NCBI GenBank assembly: GCA_964016885.1
Contig: OZ024741.1
Coordinates: 410,130,001-410,194,000, forward strand
Length of the DNA: 64,000 bases
Direction: 5' to 3'
Source of the DNA: Eledone cirrhosa
Lineage: Eukaryota
The position numbers and the translations under genes are program-made. Shown one piece after another: positions 10,386 to 29,161 of the stretch. The notes under the pieces were generated by a model. It made no database searches, was not told the DNA's origin, and saw nothing but the letters and a program-made list of their open reading frames with translations. The number at the start of each line of letters is the position of its first letter. Position 1 is the first letter of the stretch.

Positions 10386-13300
10386 CACACATATATATAT
10401 ATATAGTACTCTCACACACATATATACATATAGTACTCTCACACACATATATACATATAGTACTCTCACACACATATATACATATAGTACTCTCACATAC
10501 ATATATTACTCTCACACACATATAGTACTCTCACATACATATATACATATAGTACTCTCACATACACATATAGTACTCTCACACATATAGTACTCTCACA
10601 TACATATATACATATAGTACTCTCACACATATAGTACTCTCACATACATATATACATATAGTACTCTCACACACATATAGTACTCTCACACACATATATA
10701 CATATAGTACTCTCACATATATAGTACTCTCACATACATATATACATATAGTACTCTCACACACATATAGTACTCTCACACACATATATACATATAGTAC
10801 TCTCACACACATATAGTACTCTCACATACATATATACATATAGTACTCTCACACATATAGTACTCTCACACACATATATACATATAGTACTCTCACACAT
10901 ATAGTACTCTCACATACATATATACATATAGTACTCTCACACACATATAGTACTCTCACACACATATATACATATAGTACTCTCACACATATATATATAG
11001 TACTCTCACATACATATATACATACAGTACTCTCACACACATATAGTACTCTCACACACATATATACATATAGTACTCTCACACACATATAGTACTCTCA
11101 CATACATATATACATATAGTACTCTCACACACATATAGTACTCTCACACACATATATACATATAGTACTCTCACACACATATAGTACTCTCACATACATA
11201 TATACATATAGTACTCTCACACACATATAGTACTCTCACACACATATAGTACTCTCACACACATATATACATATAGTACTCTCACACATATAGTACTCTC
11301 ACACACATATATACATATAGTACTCTCACACATATAGTACTCTCACACACATATATACATATAGTACTCTCACACACATATAGTACTCTCAAACACATAT
11401 ATACATATAGTACTCTCACACACATATAGTACTCTCACACACATATATACATATAGTACTCTCACACATATAGTACTCTCACACACATATATACATATAG
11501 TACTCTCACACATATAGTACTCTCACACACATATATACATATAGTACTCTCACACACATATAGTACTCTCACACACATATATACATATAGTACTCTCACA
11601 CACATATAGTACTCTCACACACATATATACATATAGTACTCTCACACATATAGTACTCTCACACACATATATACATATAGTACTCTCACACATATAGTAC
11701 TCTCACACACATATATACATATAGTACTCTCACACACATATAGTACTCTCACACACATATATACATATAGTACTCTCACACACATATAGTACTCTCACAC
11801 ACATATATACATATAGTACTCTCACACATATAGTACTCTCACACACATATATACATATAGTACTCTCACACATATAGTACTCTCACACACATATATACAT
11901 ATAGTACTCTCACACACATATAGTACTCTCACACACATATATACATATAGTACTCTCACATATATAGTACTCTCACATACATATATACATATAGTACTCT
12001 CACACATATAGTACTCTCACACACATATATACATATAGTACTCTCACACACATATATACATATAGTACTCTCACACATATAGTACTCTCACACACATATA
12101 GTACTCTCACACACATATAGTACTCTCACACACATATATACATATAGTACTCTCACATATATAGTACTCTCACATACATATATACATATAGTACTCTCAC
12201 ACATATAGTACTCTCACACACATATATACATATAGTACTCTCACATATATAGTACTCTCACATACATATATACATATAGTACTCTCACACACATAGTACT
12301 CTCACATACATATATACATATAGTACTCTCACACATATAGTACTCTCACATACATATATACATATAGTACTCTCACACATATAGTACTCTCACACACATA
12401 TATACATATAGTACTCTCACACACATATAGTACTCTCACACACATATAGTACTCTCACACATATATAGTACTCTCACACACATATAGTACTCTCACACAC
12501 ATATATACATATAGTACTCTCACATATATAGTACTCTCACACACATATATGCATATAGTACTCTCACACACATATATACATATAGTACTCTCACACATAT
12601 AGTACTCTCACATACATATATACATATAGTACTCTCACACATATAGTACTCTCACACACATATATACATATAGTACTCTCACACATATAGTACTCTCACA
12701 TACATATATACATATAGTACTCTCACACATATAGTACTCTCACATACATATATACATATAGTACTCTCACACATATAGTACTCTCACATACATATATACA
12801 TATAGTACTCTCACACATATAGTACTCTCACACACATATATACATATAGTACTCTCACACATATAGTACTCTCACATACATATATACATATAGTACTCTC
12901 ACACATATAGTACTCTCACATACATATATACATATAGTACTCTCACACATATAGTACTCTCACATAAATATATACATATAGTACTCTCACACATATAGTA
13001 CTCTCACACACATATATACATATAGTACTCTCACACATATAGTACTCTCACATACATATATACATATAGTACTCTCACACATATAGTACTCTCACATACA
13101 TATATACATATAGTACTCTCACATACATATATACATATAGTACTCTCACATAAATATATACATATAGTACTCTCACACATATAGTACTCTCACACACATA
13201 TATACATATAGTACTCTCACACATATAGTAGTCTCACATACATATATACATATAGTACTCTCACACATATAGTACTCTCACACACATATATACATATAGT

Positions 13301-15265
13301 ACTCTCACACATATAGTACTCTCACATACATATATACATATAGTACTCTCACATACATATATACATATAGTACTCTCACACATATAGTACTCTCACATAC
13401 ATATATACATATAGTACTCTCACACATATAGTACTCTCACACACATATATACATATAGTACTCTCACACATATAGTACTGTCACATACATATATACATAT
13501 AGTACTCTCACACATATAGTACTCTCACACACATATATACATATAGTACTCTCACACATATAGTACTCTCACATACATATATACATATAGTACTCTCACA
13601 CATATAGTACTCTCACACATATAGTACTCTCACATACATATATACATATAGTACTCTCACACATATAGTACTCTCACACACATATATACATATAGTACTC
13701 TCACACATATAGTACTCTCACATACATATATACATATAGTACTCTCACACATATAGTACTCTCACATACATATATACATATAGTACTCTCACACATATAG
13801 TACTCTCACATACATATATACATATAGTACTCTCACACATATAGTACTCTCACACACATATATACATATAGTACTCTCACACATATAGTACTCTCACATA
13901 CATATATACATATAGTACTCTCACACATATAGTACTCTCACATACATATATACATATAGTACTCTCACACATATAGTACTCTCACATACATATATACATA
14001 TAGTACTCTCACACATATAGTACTCTCACACATATAGTACTCTCACACACATATATACATATAGTACTCTCACACATATAGTACTCTCACATACATATAT
14101 ACATATAGTACTCTCACACATATAGTACTCTCACATACATATATACATATAGTACTCTCACATGCATATATACATATAGTACTCTCACACATATAGTACT
14201 CTCACACACATATATACATATAGTACTCTCACACATATAGTACTCTCACATACATATATACATATAGTACTCTCACACATATAGTACTCTCACACACATA
14301 TATACATATATTATTCTCACACATATAGTACTCTCACATACATATATACATATAGTACTCTCACACATATAGTACTCTCACATACATATATACATATAGT
14401 ACTCTCACACATATAGTACTCTCACACACATATATACATATAGTACTCTCACACATATAGTACTCTCACATACATATATACATATAGTACTCTCACACAT
14501 ATAGTACTCTCACATACATATATACATATAGTACTCTCACACATATAGTACTCTCACATACATATATACATATAGTACTCTCACACATATAGTACTCTCA
14601 CACATATAGTACTCTCACATACATATATATACATATAGTACTCTCACATACACATATATATAGTACTCTCACATACACATATATATATATAGTACTCTCA
14701 CATACACATAAATATATAGTACTCTCACATACATATATATATAGTACTCTCACATACACATGTATACATATAGTACTCTCCATTACATATATACATATAG
14801 TACTCTCACATACATATATATACATATAGTACTCTCACATACATATATATACATATAGTACTCTCACATAAATATATATATATATATAGTACGCTCACAT
14901 ACATATATATATAGTAATCTCACATACATATATATACATATAGTACTCTCACATACATATATATATAGTACTCTCACGTACATATATATACATATAGTAC
15001 TCTCACATGCATATATACATATAGTACTCTCACATACATATATATAGTATTCTCACATACATATATATACAAATAGTACTCTCACACATATATAGATAGT
15101 ACACTCACATACATATATATATATAGTACTCTCAAATACATATATATACATATAGTACTCTCACATACATATATTCATATAGTACTCTCACATATATATA
15201 TATAGTACTCTTACATACATATATATACATATAGTACTCTTACATATATATATATATAGTACTCT

Positions 15266-15304
<39 letters not shown>

Positions 15305-16181
15305 CTCACATTCACATATATATATAGTACTCTCACATACACATATATATATTACTCTCACATACATATATATATATATATAGTACTCTCACATACACAT
15401 ATATATATAGTACTCTCACATACACATATATATATAGTACTCTCACATACATATGTATACATATAGTACTCTCACACATATATATATAAAGTACTCTCAC
15501 ATACATATATATATATATTGTACTGTCACATACATATATATACATATAGTACTCTCACATAAATATATATACATATAGTACTCTCACATACATATATATA
15601 TACATATAGTACTCTCACATACATATATATATACATATAGTACTCTCACATACATATATATATATATATTACTCTCACATTCACATATATATATAGTACT
15701 CTCACATATATATATATAGTACTCTCACATATATATATATAGTACTCTCACATACACATATATATATAGTACTCTCACATACATATATATTCATATAGTA
15801 CTCTCACATACGTATATATATATATAGTACTCTCACATTCACATATATATATATAGTACTCTCACATACATATATATATATATATATATATAGTACTCTC
15901 ACATACATATATATATATATATAGTACTCTCACATACACATATATATATAGTACTCTCACATACATATATATTCATATAGTACTCTCACATACATATATA
16001 TAGTACTATCAAATACACATATATATAGTACTCTCACATACACATATAAATAGTACTCTCACATACATATATACATATAGTACTCTCACATACATATATA
16101 TATACATATAGTACTCTCACATATATATATAGTACTCTAACATACATATATATACATATAGTACTCTCACATGCATGTATA
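10386..16181. repeat. Satellite, left block: TAGTACTCTCAC core plus (AC/AT)n spacer, units mostly 20, 22 or 30 bp
   Basis: Direct periodicity; very homogeneous to about 14600, more variable afterwards. Confidence 0.97.
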
Positions 16182-17826
16182 CAGCAAGGTTAGAATTAAC
16201 AACGAATATAGTGAAGAGTTTAGCGTAAAAGTTGGCGTCCATCAGGGCTCTGTTCTCAGCCCCCTACTATTTATTATTGCCCTTCAGGCTATAACAGAGG
16301 AGTTTCAGACCGGTTGCCCATGGGAACTCCTATACGCAGATGACCTAACACTCATAGCTGAATCAATGGCCGAGCTAGAGAAGAAATTCCAAACATGGAA
16401 GCACGGCCTTAAATCAAAAGGCCTTAAATCGAAGCACGGCCTAGAATCAAAAGGCCTTAAAATTAACCTGGCTAAGACTAAAGTTCTAGTTTGTAGGAAA
16501 GAAAATAAGGCGGCGGTCCCTTCCGGGAAGTGGCCATGCTCAGTGTTTAGGAAAGGCGTAGGTAGAAACTCCATTTTGTGTCCCAAATGCAAAGTATGAG
16601 TGCATAAAAGATGTAGTGGGATCACAGGTAAGCTAACTAAGAACATAGGTTTTACATGTGGCCGGTGCTCTGGTGCAATAAGTAGCAGCAAGTACCCACA
16701 AAATACTAGCTCTTTCAACTGCGCAGAGGGTTCTATAGAAATAGTGGACAGCTTCCGTTACCTGGGTGACAAAATCAGCAGTGGGGGAGGGTGCTCTGAA
16801 AGTACAGTAGCTAGAGTCAGAACTGGATGGAAAAAGTTCAGAGAGCTTATACCACTATTAGCCGCTAAAGGGTTCTCCCTAAAAATGAAAGGCAGGTTGT
16901 ATGATGCCTGCATACGAACAGCAATGTTGCATGGCAGTGAGACCTGGGCATTGTGTGCAGAGGATATACGCAGACTAGAGAGGAACGAAGCTTGCATGCT
17001 CCGCTGGATGTGTAATAGTAATATACGTGAACGGCAAAGCATAAACGAACTAAGGAAATAATTAGAAATAAGAGGGATCAGATGTTGTTTACTCGAGAGA
17101 AGGCTACGTTGGTATGGTCACGTGATGCGCATGAAAGACAATAGCTGTATAACAAAGTGCAGGGCAATAAAGATAGACGGTAGCCACGGAATAGGCAGAC
17201 CCAGAAAAACCTGGGATGAGCTGATAAATTCCGACCTCACACACTTACACCTCACCAAGACAATGTCACTGGACCGAGACCTTTGGCGGTACTCAGTAAT
17301 AGAGAAGACCCGCCTTACCTAAATACATAGTAAAACCTACTACAGTCAGTAGGCATCTCTAACAAAATACACCCCCGTCCCACCACCCCCACCCCATCCA
17401 CACCGCCCCTTTCAATGTAAAGTTATGTTGGTGCCACAACATCCAGGCCGAAACAAATGAGATCGTGTAGGTGTCACGACAAAAAAACACACAGTCCACG
17501 CTGTAATGTGGCCGTGTAGGCAACACGGTAAAAACCTCCCAGCCCCACACTGTAAATGTGGTTGGTGTTAGGAAGGGCATCCAGCTGTAGAAAACCCGCC
17601 AGACAGTCCACGCTGTAATGTGGCCGTGTAGGCAACACGGTAAAAACCTCCCAGTCCACACTGTAAATGTGGTTGGTGTTAGGAAGGGCAAACAACTGTA
17701 GAAAACCCGCCAGACAGTCCTATGCGAGCAAGATAATGACTCTTGCCTCAAGTGGGAAAACCCCCGTCCGGACCCATGCAAGCGTGGAACACGGATGTTA
17801 AACGTTGATGATGACGATGCTGATGA
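16182..17826 (+). mobile_element. 5'-truncated RTE LINE inserted in the satellite, with a PHD-like Cys/His module inside the RT
   Basis: GVHQGSVLSPLLF, LLYADDL, FRYLG, AMLHGSETW, GRPRKTW; nonsense codons at 16597 and 17059, terminal stop 17320-17322; 3' UTR with a 112-bp duplication and (GAT)n tail. Confidence 0.93.
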
Positions 17827-18201
17827 GTACTCTCATATACATATATATATATATAGTACTCTCACATACATATATACTTATAGTACTCTCACATACATAT
17901 ATATATATAGTACTCTCACATACATATATATATAAGTATAGTACTCTCACATATATATATATATATATTAATATAGTACTCTCACATACACATATATATA
18001 TAGTACTCTCACATACATATATATTCATATAGTACTCTCACATACATATATATATATATATAGTACTCTCACATTCACATATATATATATATATAGTACT
18101 CTCACATACATATATATATATGTATAGTCCTCTCACACATATATATATATATATATATATATAGTACTCTCACATACATATATATATATGTATAGTCCTC
18201 T

Positions 18202-18245
<44 letters not shown>

Positions 18246-18341
18246 GCACACATACATATATATATATATTAATATAGTACTCTCACATACACATATATAT
18301 ATAGTACTCTCACATACATATATATATATGTATAGTACTCT

Positions 18342-18372
<31 letters not shown>

Positions 18373-19097
18373 TACTCTCACATACACACATATATATAGT
18401 ACTCACACATACATATATATTCATATAGTACTCTCACATATATATATAGTACTCTCACAAACATATATACATATAATACTCTCACATACATATACATATA
18501 GTACTATCACATGCATATATACATATAGTACTCTCATATACATATATATAGTACTCTCACATACATATATATAGTACTCTCACATACATATATATATATA
18601 TATATATAGTACTCTCACATATATATATATATATAGTACACTCACAAACATATATACATATAGTATTCTCACATTTATATATACATATAGTACTCTCACA
18701 TACACATATATATATAGTACTCTCACATACATATATATACATATAGTACTCTCAGATACACTCATATATACATATATTACTCTCACATACACATATATAC
18801 ATATAGTACTCTCAGATACATATATACATATATAGTATTCTCACATACATATATACATAGAGTACTCTCACATACACACATATATATATATAATACTCTC
18901 ACATACATATATATACATATAGTACTCTCACATACATATATATATAGTACTCTTACATACATATATATATATACATAGAGTGCTCTCACATACATATATA
19001 TATATAGTACTCTCACATATATATATATATATAGTACTCTCACACACATATATATACATATAGTACTCTCACATTCATATATACATATAGTACTCTC

Positions 19098-19128
<31 letters not shown>

Positions 19129-21637
19129 GTACTCTCACATACACATATATATATATATAGTACTCTCACATACATATATATATATATAGTTCTCACACAT
19201 ACATATATATATATATAGTACTCTCACATACACACATATATATACAGTACTCTCATATCCATATATATATATAGTACTCTCATATATATATATATATATA
19301 TATAGTACTCTCACATATATATATATATATATATAGTGCTCTCACATACATATATATACATATAGTATTCTCACAACCATATATATATATATATATATAG
19401 TACTCTAACACACATATATACATATAGTACTCTAACACACATATATACATATAGTACTCTTACATACATATACATATAGTACTCTCACATACATATATAC
19501 ATATAGTACTCTCACATACATATATATACATATAGTACTCTAACACACATATCTACATATAGTACTCTTACATACATATACATATAGTACTCTCACATAC
19601 ATATATACATATAGTACTCTCACATACACATAAATACATATAGTACTCTAACACACATATCTACATATAGTACTCTTACATACATATACATATAGTACTC
19701 TCACATACATATATACATATAGTACTCTCACATTCATATATATATATATATAGTACTCTCAAACACATATATATATAGTACTCTCACATATATATATACA
19801 TATAGTATTCTCGCATACATATATATACATATAGTACTCTCACATACATATATATATACATAGAGTACTCTCACATACATATATATATAGTACTCGCACA
19901 TACATATATATATACATATAGTACTCTCACATACATTTATATATATGGTACTCTCACATACATGTATATATACATAGAGTACTCTCACATACATATATAT
20001 ATAGTACTCGCACATACATATATATATACATATAGTACTCTCACATACATATATATATATGGTACTCTCACATACATATATATATACATAGTACTCTCAC
20101 ATACATATATACATGTAGTACTCTCACTTACACATATATATTTATAGTACTCACAGATACATATATAGATATAGTATTCTCACATACATTTATATACATA
20201 TAGTCCTCTAACACATATAGATATACATATAGTACTCTCACATATACACATATATACATATAGTACTCTCACATACACATATAAACATATAGTACTCTCA
20301 CATATATATAGTACTCTCACATACATATATATATACATATAGTACTCTCACATATATATATATATATAGTACTCTCACATACATATATATATATACATAT
20401 AGTACTCTCAATTACATATATATACATATAGTACTCTCAGACACACATATATAATACTCTCACATACACACATACTTATAGATCTCTCACATATATATAA
20501 ACATATAGTACTCTCACACACATATATACATAGAGTACTCCCACATACATATATATACATATAGTACTCTCACATACACATATATATATACATATAATAC
20601 TCTCACATGCATATATATACATATAGTACTCTCACATACATATATATATATAGTACTCTCACATACATATATATAAATATAGTACTATCACATATAGTAC
20701 TCTCACAAACATATATAGGTATTTGTACTCTCACACACATATATATACATATGGTACTCACACATACATATATATACATAGTCCTCTCACACACATATAT
20801 ATACATATGGTACTCACACATACATATATATATATATATAGAGTACTCTCACACACATATATATACATACAGTACTCACACATACATATATATATATATA
20901 GTACTCACACATATATATCTATACATATAATATTCTCTCATAGCCATATAAACATATAGTACTCTCATACATATATAGATATAGAACTCTAACATACATA
21001 TATATACATAGAGTACTCTCACATATATATATATAGTACTCTCACATATATATTATACATATAGTACTCTGATATACCTATTTACATATAGTTATCTCAC
21101 ATACATATATATATATATATATATAGCTCTCATACATATATATACATATAGTACTCTCACGTACATATATACATTTAGTACTCTCATATACATGTATATA
21201 TATAGTACTCTCAGATACATATATACATATAGTACTCTCACATACACATATTTATAGTACTCTCACACATATATATATACATATAGTACTCTCAAATACA
21301 CATATATACATATAGTACTCTCAAATACACATATATACATATAGTACTCTCACATACATATATACATATAGTACTCTCACATAAACATATATATATATAT
21401 AGTACTGTCACATACATATACATATATATAGTACTCTCATATACATATATATAGTACTCTCACACACATATATATACATATAGTACTCTCACATTCATAT
21501 ATACATATAGTACTCTCACATACATATATATAGATATATAGTACTCTCACATACATATAAACATATAGTACTCTCAGATATATATATATATATAGAGAGA
21601 GAACTCTCACATACTCATATATATATAGTACTCTCAC

Positions 21638-21669
<32 letters not shown>

Positions 21670-24600
21670 CTCACATATATATATATATAGTACTCTCCCA
21701 CACATATATATACATATAGTACTCTCACATAGACATATATACATATAGTACTCTCACATACATATATACATATATATAGTATTCTCACATACGTACATAT
21801 ATATATATATATATATATAGTACTCTCACATATATATATATATATATAGTACTCTCACATACATATATACATATAGCACTCTCACATAAACATATATATA
21901 TATATATAGTACTCTCACATATATATATATACATCTAGTACACTCACATACATATATATATAGAGTGCTCTCACATAAATATATATACTTATAGTTCTTT
22001 CACATACATACATATACATATAGTACTCTCACACACATATATACATATATTACTCTCACATACATATATATATACATGTAGTACTCTCATATACATATAT
22101 ACAGAGAGTACTCTCACATACACAGATATATATATAATACTCTCACATACATATATATACATATAGTACTCTCACATACATATACATATAAACTACTCTC
22201 ACATACGTATATATAGTACTCTCACATACATATATATATAGTACTCTCACACACATATATATACACATAGTACTCTGACATTCATATATACATATCGTAC
22301 TCTCACATACATATATATATATAGTACTTTCACATACATATACAAATTTAGTACTCTCACATATATATAGAGAGAGAGAACTCTCACATATATATATAGT
22401 ACTCTCACATCCATATATATAGTACTCTCACATACACATATATATAGTACTCTCACATCCATATATATAGTACTCTCCCATACATATATATATATATATA
22501 TAGTACTCTCACATATATATATATAGTACTCTCCCAAATATATATAAACATATAGTACTTTCACATACATATATACATATAGTACTCTCACATATATATA
22601 CATATAGTACTCTCACATACACACATATATACATATCATACTCTCAAATACACATATATACATATATACATAGAGTACTCTCACATGTATATATATATAC
22701 ATATAGTACTCTGACATACATATATATATAGTACTCTCACATACATATATACATATAGTACTCTCACATACATATATACATATAGTACTCTCACATACAT
22801 ATATATATATATATAGTATTGTCACATACATATATACATATAGTACCCTGACACACATATTTACATGTAGTACTCTCACGTACATATATACATATAGTAC
22901 TCTCACATTACATATATATATAGTACTCTCACACATATATATATATATACATATAGCACTCTCACATAGATATATGTATATATAGTACTCCCACATACAT
23001 ATATATACATATAATACTCTCACATACATATATATACATATAGTACTCTCTCATACATATATATAGTACTCTCACATACATATATACATATAGTACTCTC
23101 ACATACAATATACATATAGTACTCTCACATACATATATATTACTCTCACACACATATATATATATATACATATAGTACTCTCAAATACACATATATACAT
23201 ATAGTACTCTCACATACATATATACATATAGTATTCTCATATAAACATATATATAGTACTCTCACATACACATATATACATATAGTACTCACACATATAT
23301 ATATATATACATATAGTACTCTCACATACACATATATACATATAGTACTCACACATATATATATAAATATAGTACTCTCTCACACATATATATAGACATA
23401 GAGTACTCTCCTATACTTATATATACATATAGTACTCTCACATACATATACATACATATAGTACTCTCACATACATATATATATAATGCTCTCACATACA
23501 TATATATACATACTGTACTCTCACATACATATATACATATAGTACTCTCACATACACATATATACATATAGTACTCTCACATACATATACATATAGTACT
23601 CTCTCACACATATATACATATAGTACTCTGTCACACATATATACATATAGTACTCTCACATACATATACATATAGTACTCTCGCACACATATATACATAT
23701 AGTACTCTCACATACGTATATATAGATATAGTACTCTCACATACATATATACATATAGTACTCTCACATATATATATATATAGTATTCTCACATATATAT
23801 ATATATACATATAGTACTCTCACATACATATATATATAGTACTCTCACATATATATATATACATAAAGTACTCTCGCATACATATATATACATATAGTAC
23901 TCTCACATATATATATATAAATATATAGTACTCTCACATATATATATATAGTACTCTCACATATACATATATATATAGTACTCTCACATACATATATATA
24001 TATATGTAGTACTTTCACACATATAGATATACATATAGTACTCTCACATACATACATATATATATATAGTACTCTCACATATATATATATATTGTACTCT
24101 CACATATATATATACATATAGTACACTCACACACATACATACATATAGTACTCTCACATACATATACATATAGTACTCTCACACACATATATACATATGG
24201 TACTCTCACATACATATATATACATATAGTACTCTCACATACATATATACATATAGTACTCTCACATACATTTATATACATATAGTACTCTCTCATACAC
24301 ATATAAACATATAGTACTCTCACATACATATATACATATAGTATTCTCACATACATATATACATATAGTACTCTCCATTACATATTTAAATATAGTACTC
24401 TCACATAAATATATATACATATAGTAATCTCATATACAAATATATATATATAGTACTCTCACATACACATATAGATATAGTACTCTCACCTACAAATATA
24501 CATATAGTACTCTCACATACATATATATACATATAGTACTCTCAGTTATGTATATTCATAGAGTATGTACTCTCACGTACACATATAGATATAGTACTCT

Positions 24601-24719
24601 CACCTACAAATATACATATTTGTACTCTCACATACATATATATATACATAGAGTATTCTCACATATATATATATATGTACATATACTTTCACATACATAT
24701 ATACATATATACTACTCTC

Positions 24720-24757
<38 letters not shown>

Positions 24758-25280
24758 CTCACATACATATATATACATATAGTACTCTCCCACACACATA
24801 TATATATATATATTACGCTCACATACATATATACATATAGTACTCTCACATACATATATATACATATAGTACTCTCACATACATATATATATACATACAG
24901 TACTCTTACATACATATATACATATCGTACTCTCACATACATACATATACATATTGTTCTCTCACATACATATATATATAGTACTCTCACATACATATAT
25001 ATATATAGTACTCTCACATACATATATATATAGTACTCTCCCACACATATGTATATATATAGTACTCTCACATACACATATATACATATAGTACTCTCAC
25101 ATACATATACATATAGTACTCTCACACACATATATACATATAGTACTCTCACATACATATATATGATTATAGTACTCTCACATATATATATATAGTACAC
25201 TCACATACATATATATACATGTAGTACTCTCACATACATATATATATCGTACTCCCACATACGTATATATATCGTACCCC

Positions 25281-25317
<37 letters not shown>

Positions 25318-27312
25318 CTCACATATATATACATAGAGTACTCTCTCATACACATATATACATATAGTACTCTCACATATATATATTCATATAGTACTCT
25401 CACATACATATACACACATATAGTACTCTCACTTACATATATATGTATATATATATATTACTCTCGCATACATATATACATATAGTACTCTCACATACAA
25501 AAATACGTATTTGTACTCTCACATACATATATATACATATAGTACTCTCAGACTCACATATATAATACTCTGACATATACATATACACATATTGTACTCT
25601 CACATATATATATACATATACTACTCTCGCATACATATATTATTCTCGCATACGTATAGTACTCTCACACACATATATACATATAGTACTGTCACATACA
25701 CATATATACATAAAGTACACTCACATACATATATATACATATAGTACTCTCACCCACATATATATATAGTACTCTCACATACATATATATAAATATAATA
25801 CTCTCACATACATATAAATACATATAAAACACTCACACATATATATATATATACATATAGTACTCTCACATACACATATATATATATGGTACTCTCACAT
25901 ACATATATATACATATAGTACTCTCACATACATATGTATACATATAGTACTCTCACATACACATATATATATATGGTACTCTCACATACATATATATATA
26001 GTAATCTCACATATATATATATACATATAGTACTCTCTCATACACATATAAACATATAGTACTCTCACATACATATATATACATATAGTACTCTCACATA
26101 CATATATATATATATAGTACTCTCACATACATATATATACATATAGTACTCTCATATATATATATATATATATATGTATAGTACTTTCACACATATATAT
26201 ATATAGTACACTGACATGCATATATACATATAGTACTCTCTCATACACATATAAACATATAGTACTCTCACATACATATATATACATATAGTACTCTCAT
26301 ATATATATATATATGTATAGTACTCTCACACATACATATATATAGTACTCTCACATGCATATATACATATAGTACTCTCACACATATATATACATATATT
26401 ACTCTTACATACATATATACACATAGTACTCTCACATACATATATATATATATATATATAGTACTCTCACATATATATATTCAGATAGTACTCTCACATG
26501 CATATTTACATATAGTACTCTCATATACATATATATAGAGTTCACACATATATATACAAATAGTACTCTCACATACATATATACATATAGTACTCTCACA
26601 TACATATATATACATATAGTACTCTCACATTCATATATACGTATAGTACTCTCACATACATATATACATATTTGTACTCTTATATACATATATATATATA
26701 TAGTACTCTCACATACATATATATACATATAGTACTCTCACATACATATATATACATATAGAACTCTCACATTCATATATATTTACATATAATACTCTCA
26801 CACATATATATACATATAGTAATCTCACAAACATATATATACATATAGTACTCTCACACATATATACATATAGTACTCTCAAATACATATATATACATAT
26901 AGTACTCTCTCATACACATATATAGTACACTCACACATACATATATATAGTACTCTCACATACATATATACATATAGTATTTTCACACATATATATACAT
27001 ATACTACTCTCACATACATACATATACATATATTACTCTCACATATATATATTCATATAGTACTCTCACATACATAGTTACATATAGTACTCTCACATAC
27101 ATATAGACATATAGTACTCTCACATACATATTTATACATATAGTACTCTCACATACATATATATATATAGTACTCTCACATACATATATACATAAAGTAC
27201 TCTCAAATACATATATGCATATTTGTACTCTCACATACATATATATAGTACTCTCATATACACATATATACATATAGTACTCTCAGATATATATATATAC
27301 ATAGAGTACTCT

Positions 27313-27370
<58 letters not shown>

Positions 27371-27739
27371 ACTCTCACATATATATATATATATATACAC
27401 ATAGAGTACTCTCACATATATATATATATACATATAGTATTCTCACATACATATATACATATATAGTACTCTCACATACCCATATATATATATATATAGT
27501 ACTCTCACATACATATATATATCCTTCCCCCACATACATATATATATATCTATAGTATTCTCACGTACATATATATATATATATATATAGTACTCTCACA
27601 TATATATATACATAGAGTACTCTCTCATACACATATAAACATATAGTACTCTCACGTACATATATGCATATAGTACTCTCACATATATATATTCATATAG
27701 TACTCTCACATACATATATACACATATAGTACTCTCACT

Positions 27740-27805
<66 letters not shown>

Positions 27806-29130
27806 GTACTCTCACATACAAAAATACGTATTTGTACTCTCACATACATATATATACATATAGTACTCTCACATACATATATACATATATAGTACTCTCA
27901 TATACATATATATATATATATATAATACTCTTACATCCATATATATATAGTACTCTCACATACATATATATACATATAATACTCTCACATACAGATATAG
28001 ACATATAGTCCTCTCACACACATATATATATATATATAGTACTCTCCCACATACATATATATACATATAGTACTCTCAGACTCACATATATAATACTCTC
28101 ACATATACATATACACATATAGTACTCTCACATATATATATACATATAGTACTCTCACATACACATATATACATAAAGTACACTCACATACATATATATA
28201 CATATGGTACACTCACATACATGTATATACATATAGTACTCTCACATACATGTATACATATAGTACTCTCACATACACATATATATATATATAGTACTCT
28301 CACATACATATATATACATATAGTACTCTCACATACATATAGACATACAGTACTCTCACTTGCATATATACATATAGTACTCTCACATACACATATATAT
28401 GGTCCTCTCACATACATTTATACACATATAGTACTCTCACTTATATATATAGTACTCTCACACATACATATATGTATATATAGTACTCTCACATACATAT
28501 ATATATATAGTACTCTCACACATATATATACATATACTACTCTCACATACAGATATATACATATAGTAATCTCACATATATATGTATATATATAGTACTC
28601 TGACATATATATATTACTCTCACATACATATGTATATATATAGTACTCTCACATATATATATTACTCTCACATACATCTATATATATTGTACTCTCACAT
28701 ATATATATATACATATAGTACTCTCACATACACATATATACATATAGTACTCTCACATATATATATACATATAGTACTCTCACATAGATATATATACATA
28801 TAGTACTCTCACATACACACATATACATATAATACTCTCACATACATATATATATACATATAGTACTCTCACACATATATATATATACATATAGTACTCT
28901 CACACATATATATATATATACATATAGTACTCTAACATATATATATATATATATATACATATAGTTCTCTCACGTATATATATATATATACATATAGTAC
29001 TCTCACATACATATATATATATATATAGTACTCTCACATACATATATATATATACATATAGTACTCTCACATACATATATATATATACATATAGTTCTCT
29101 CACACAGATATATATACATATAATACTCTC

Positions 29131-29161
<31 letters not shown>

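Noticed and set aside
10142-10525. Gly/Ser-rich ORF
   Set aside because: Translation of a (GGT)n tract running into satellite.
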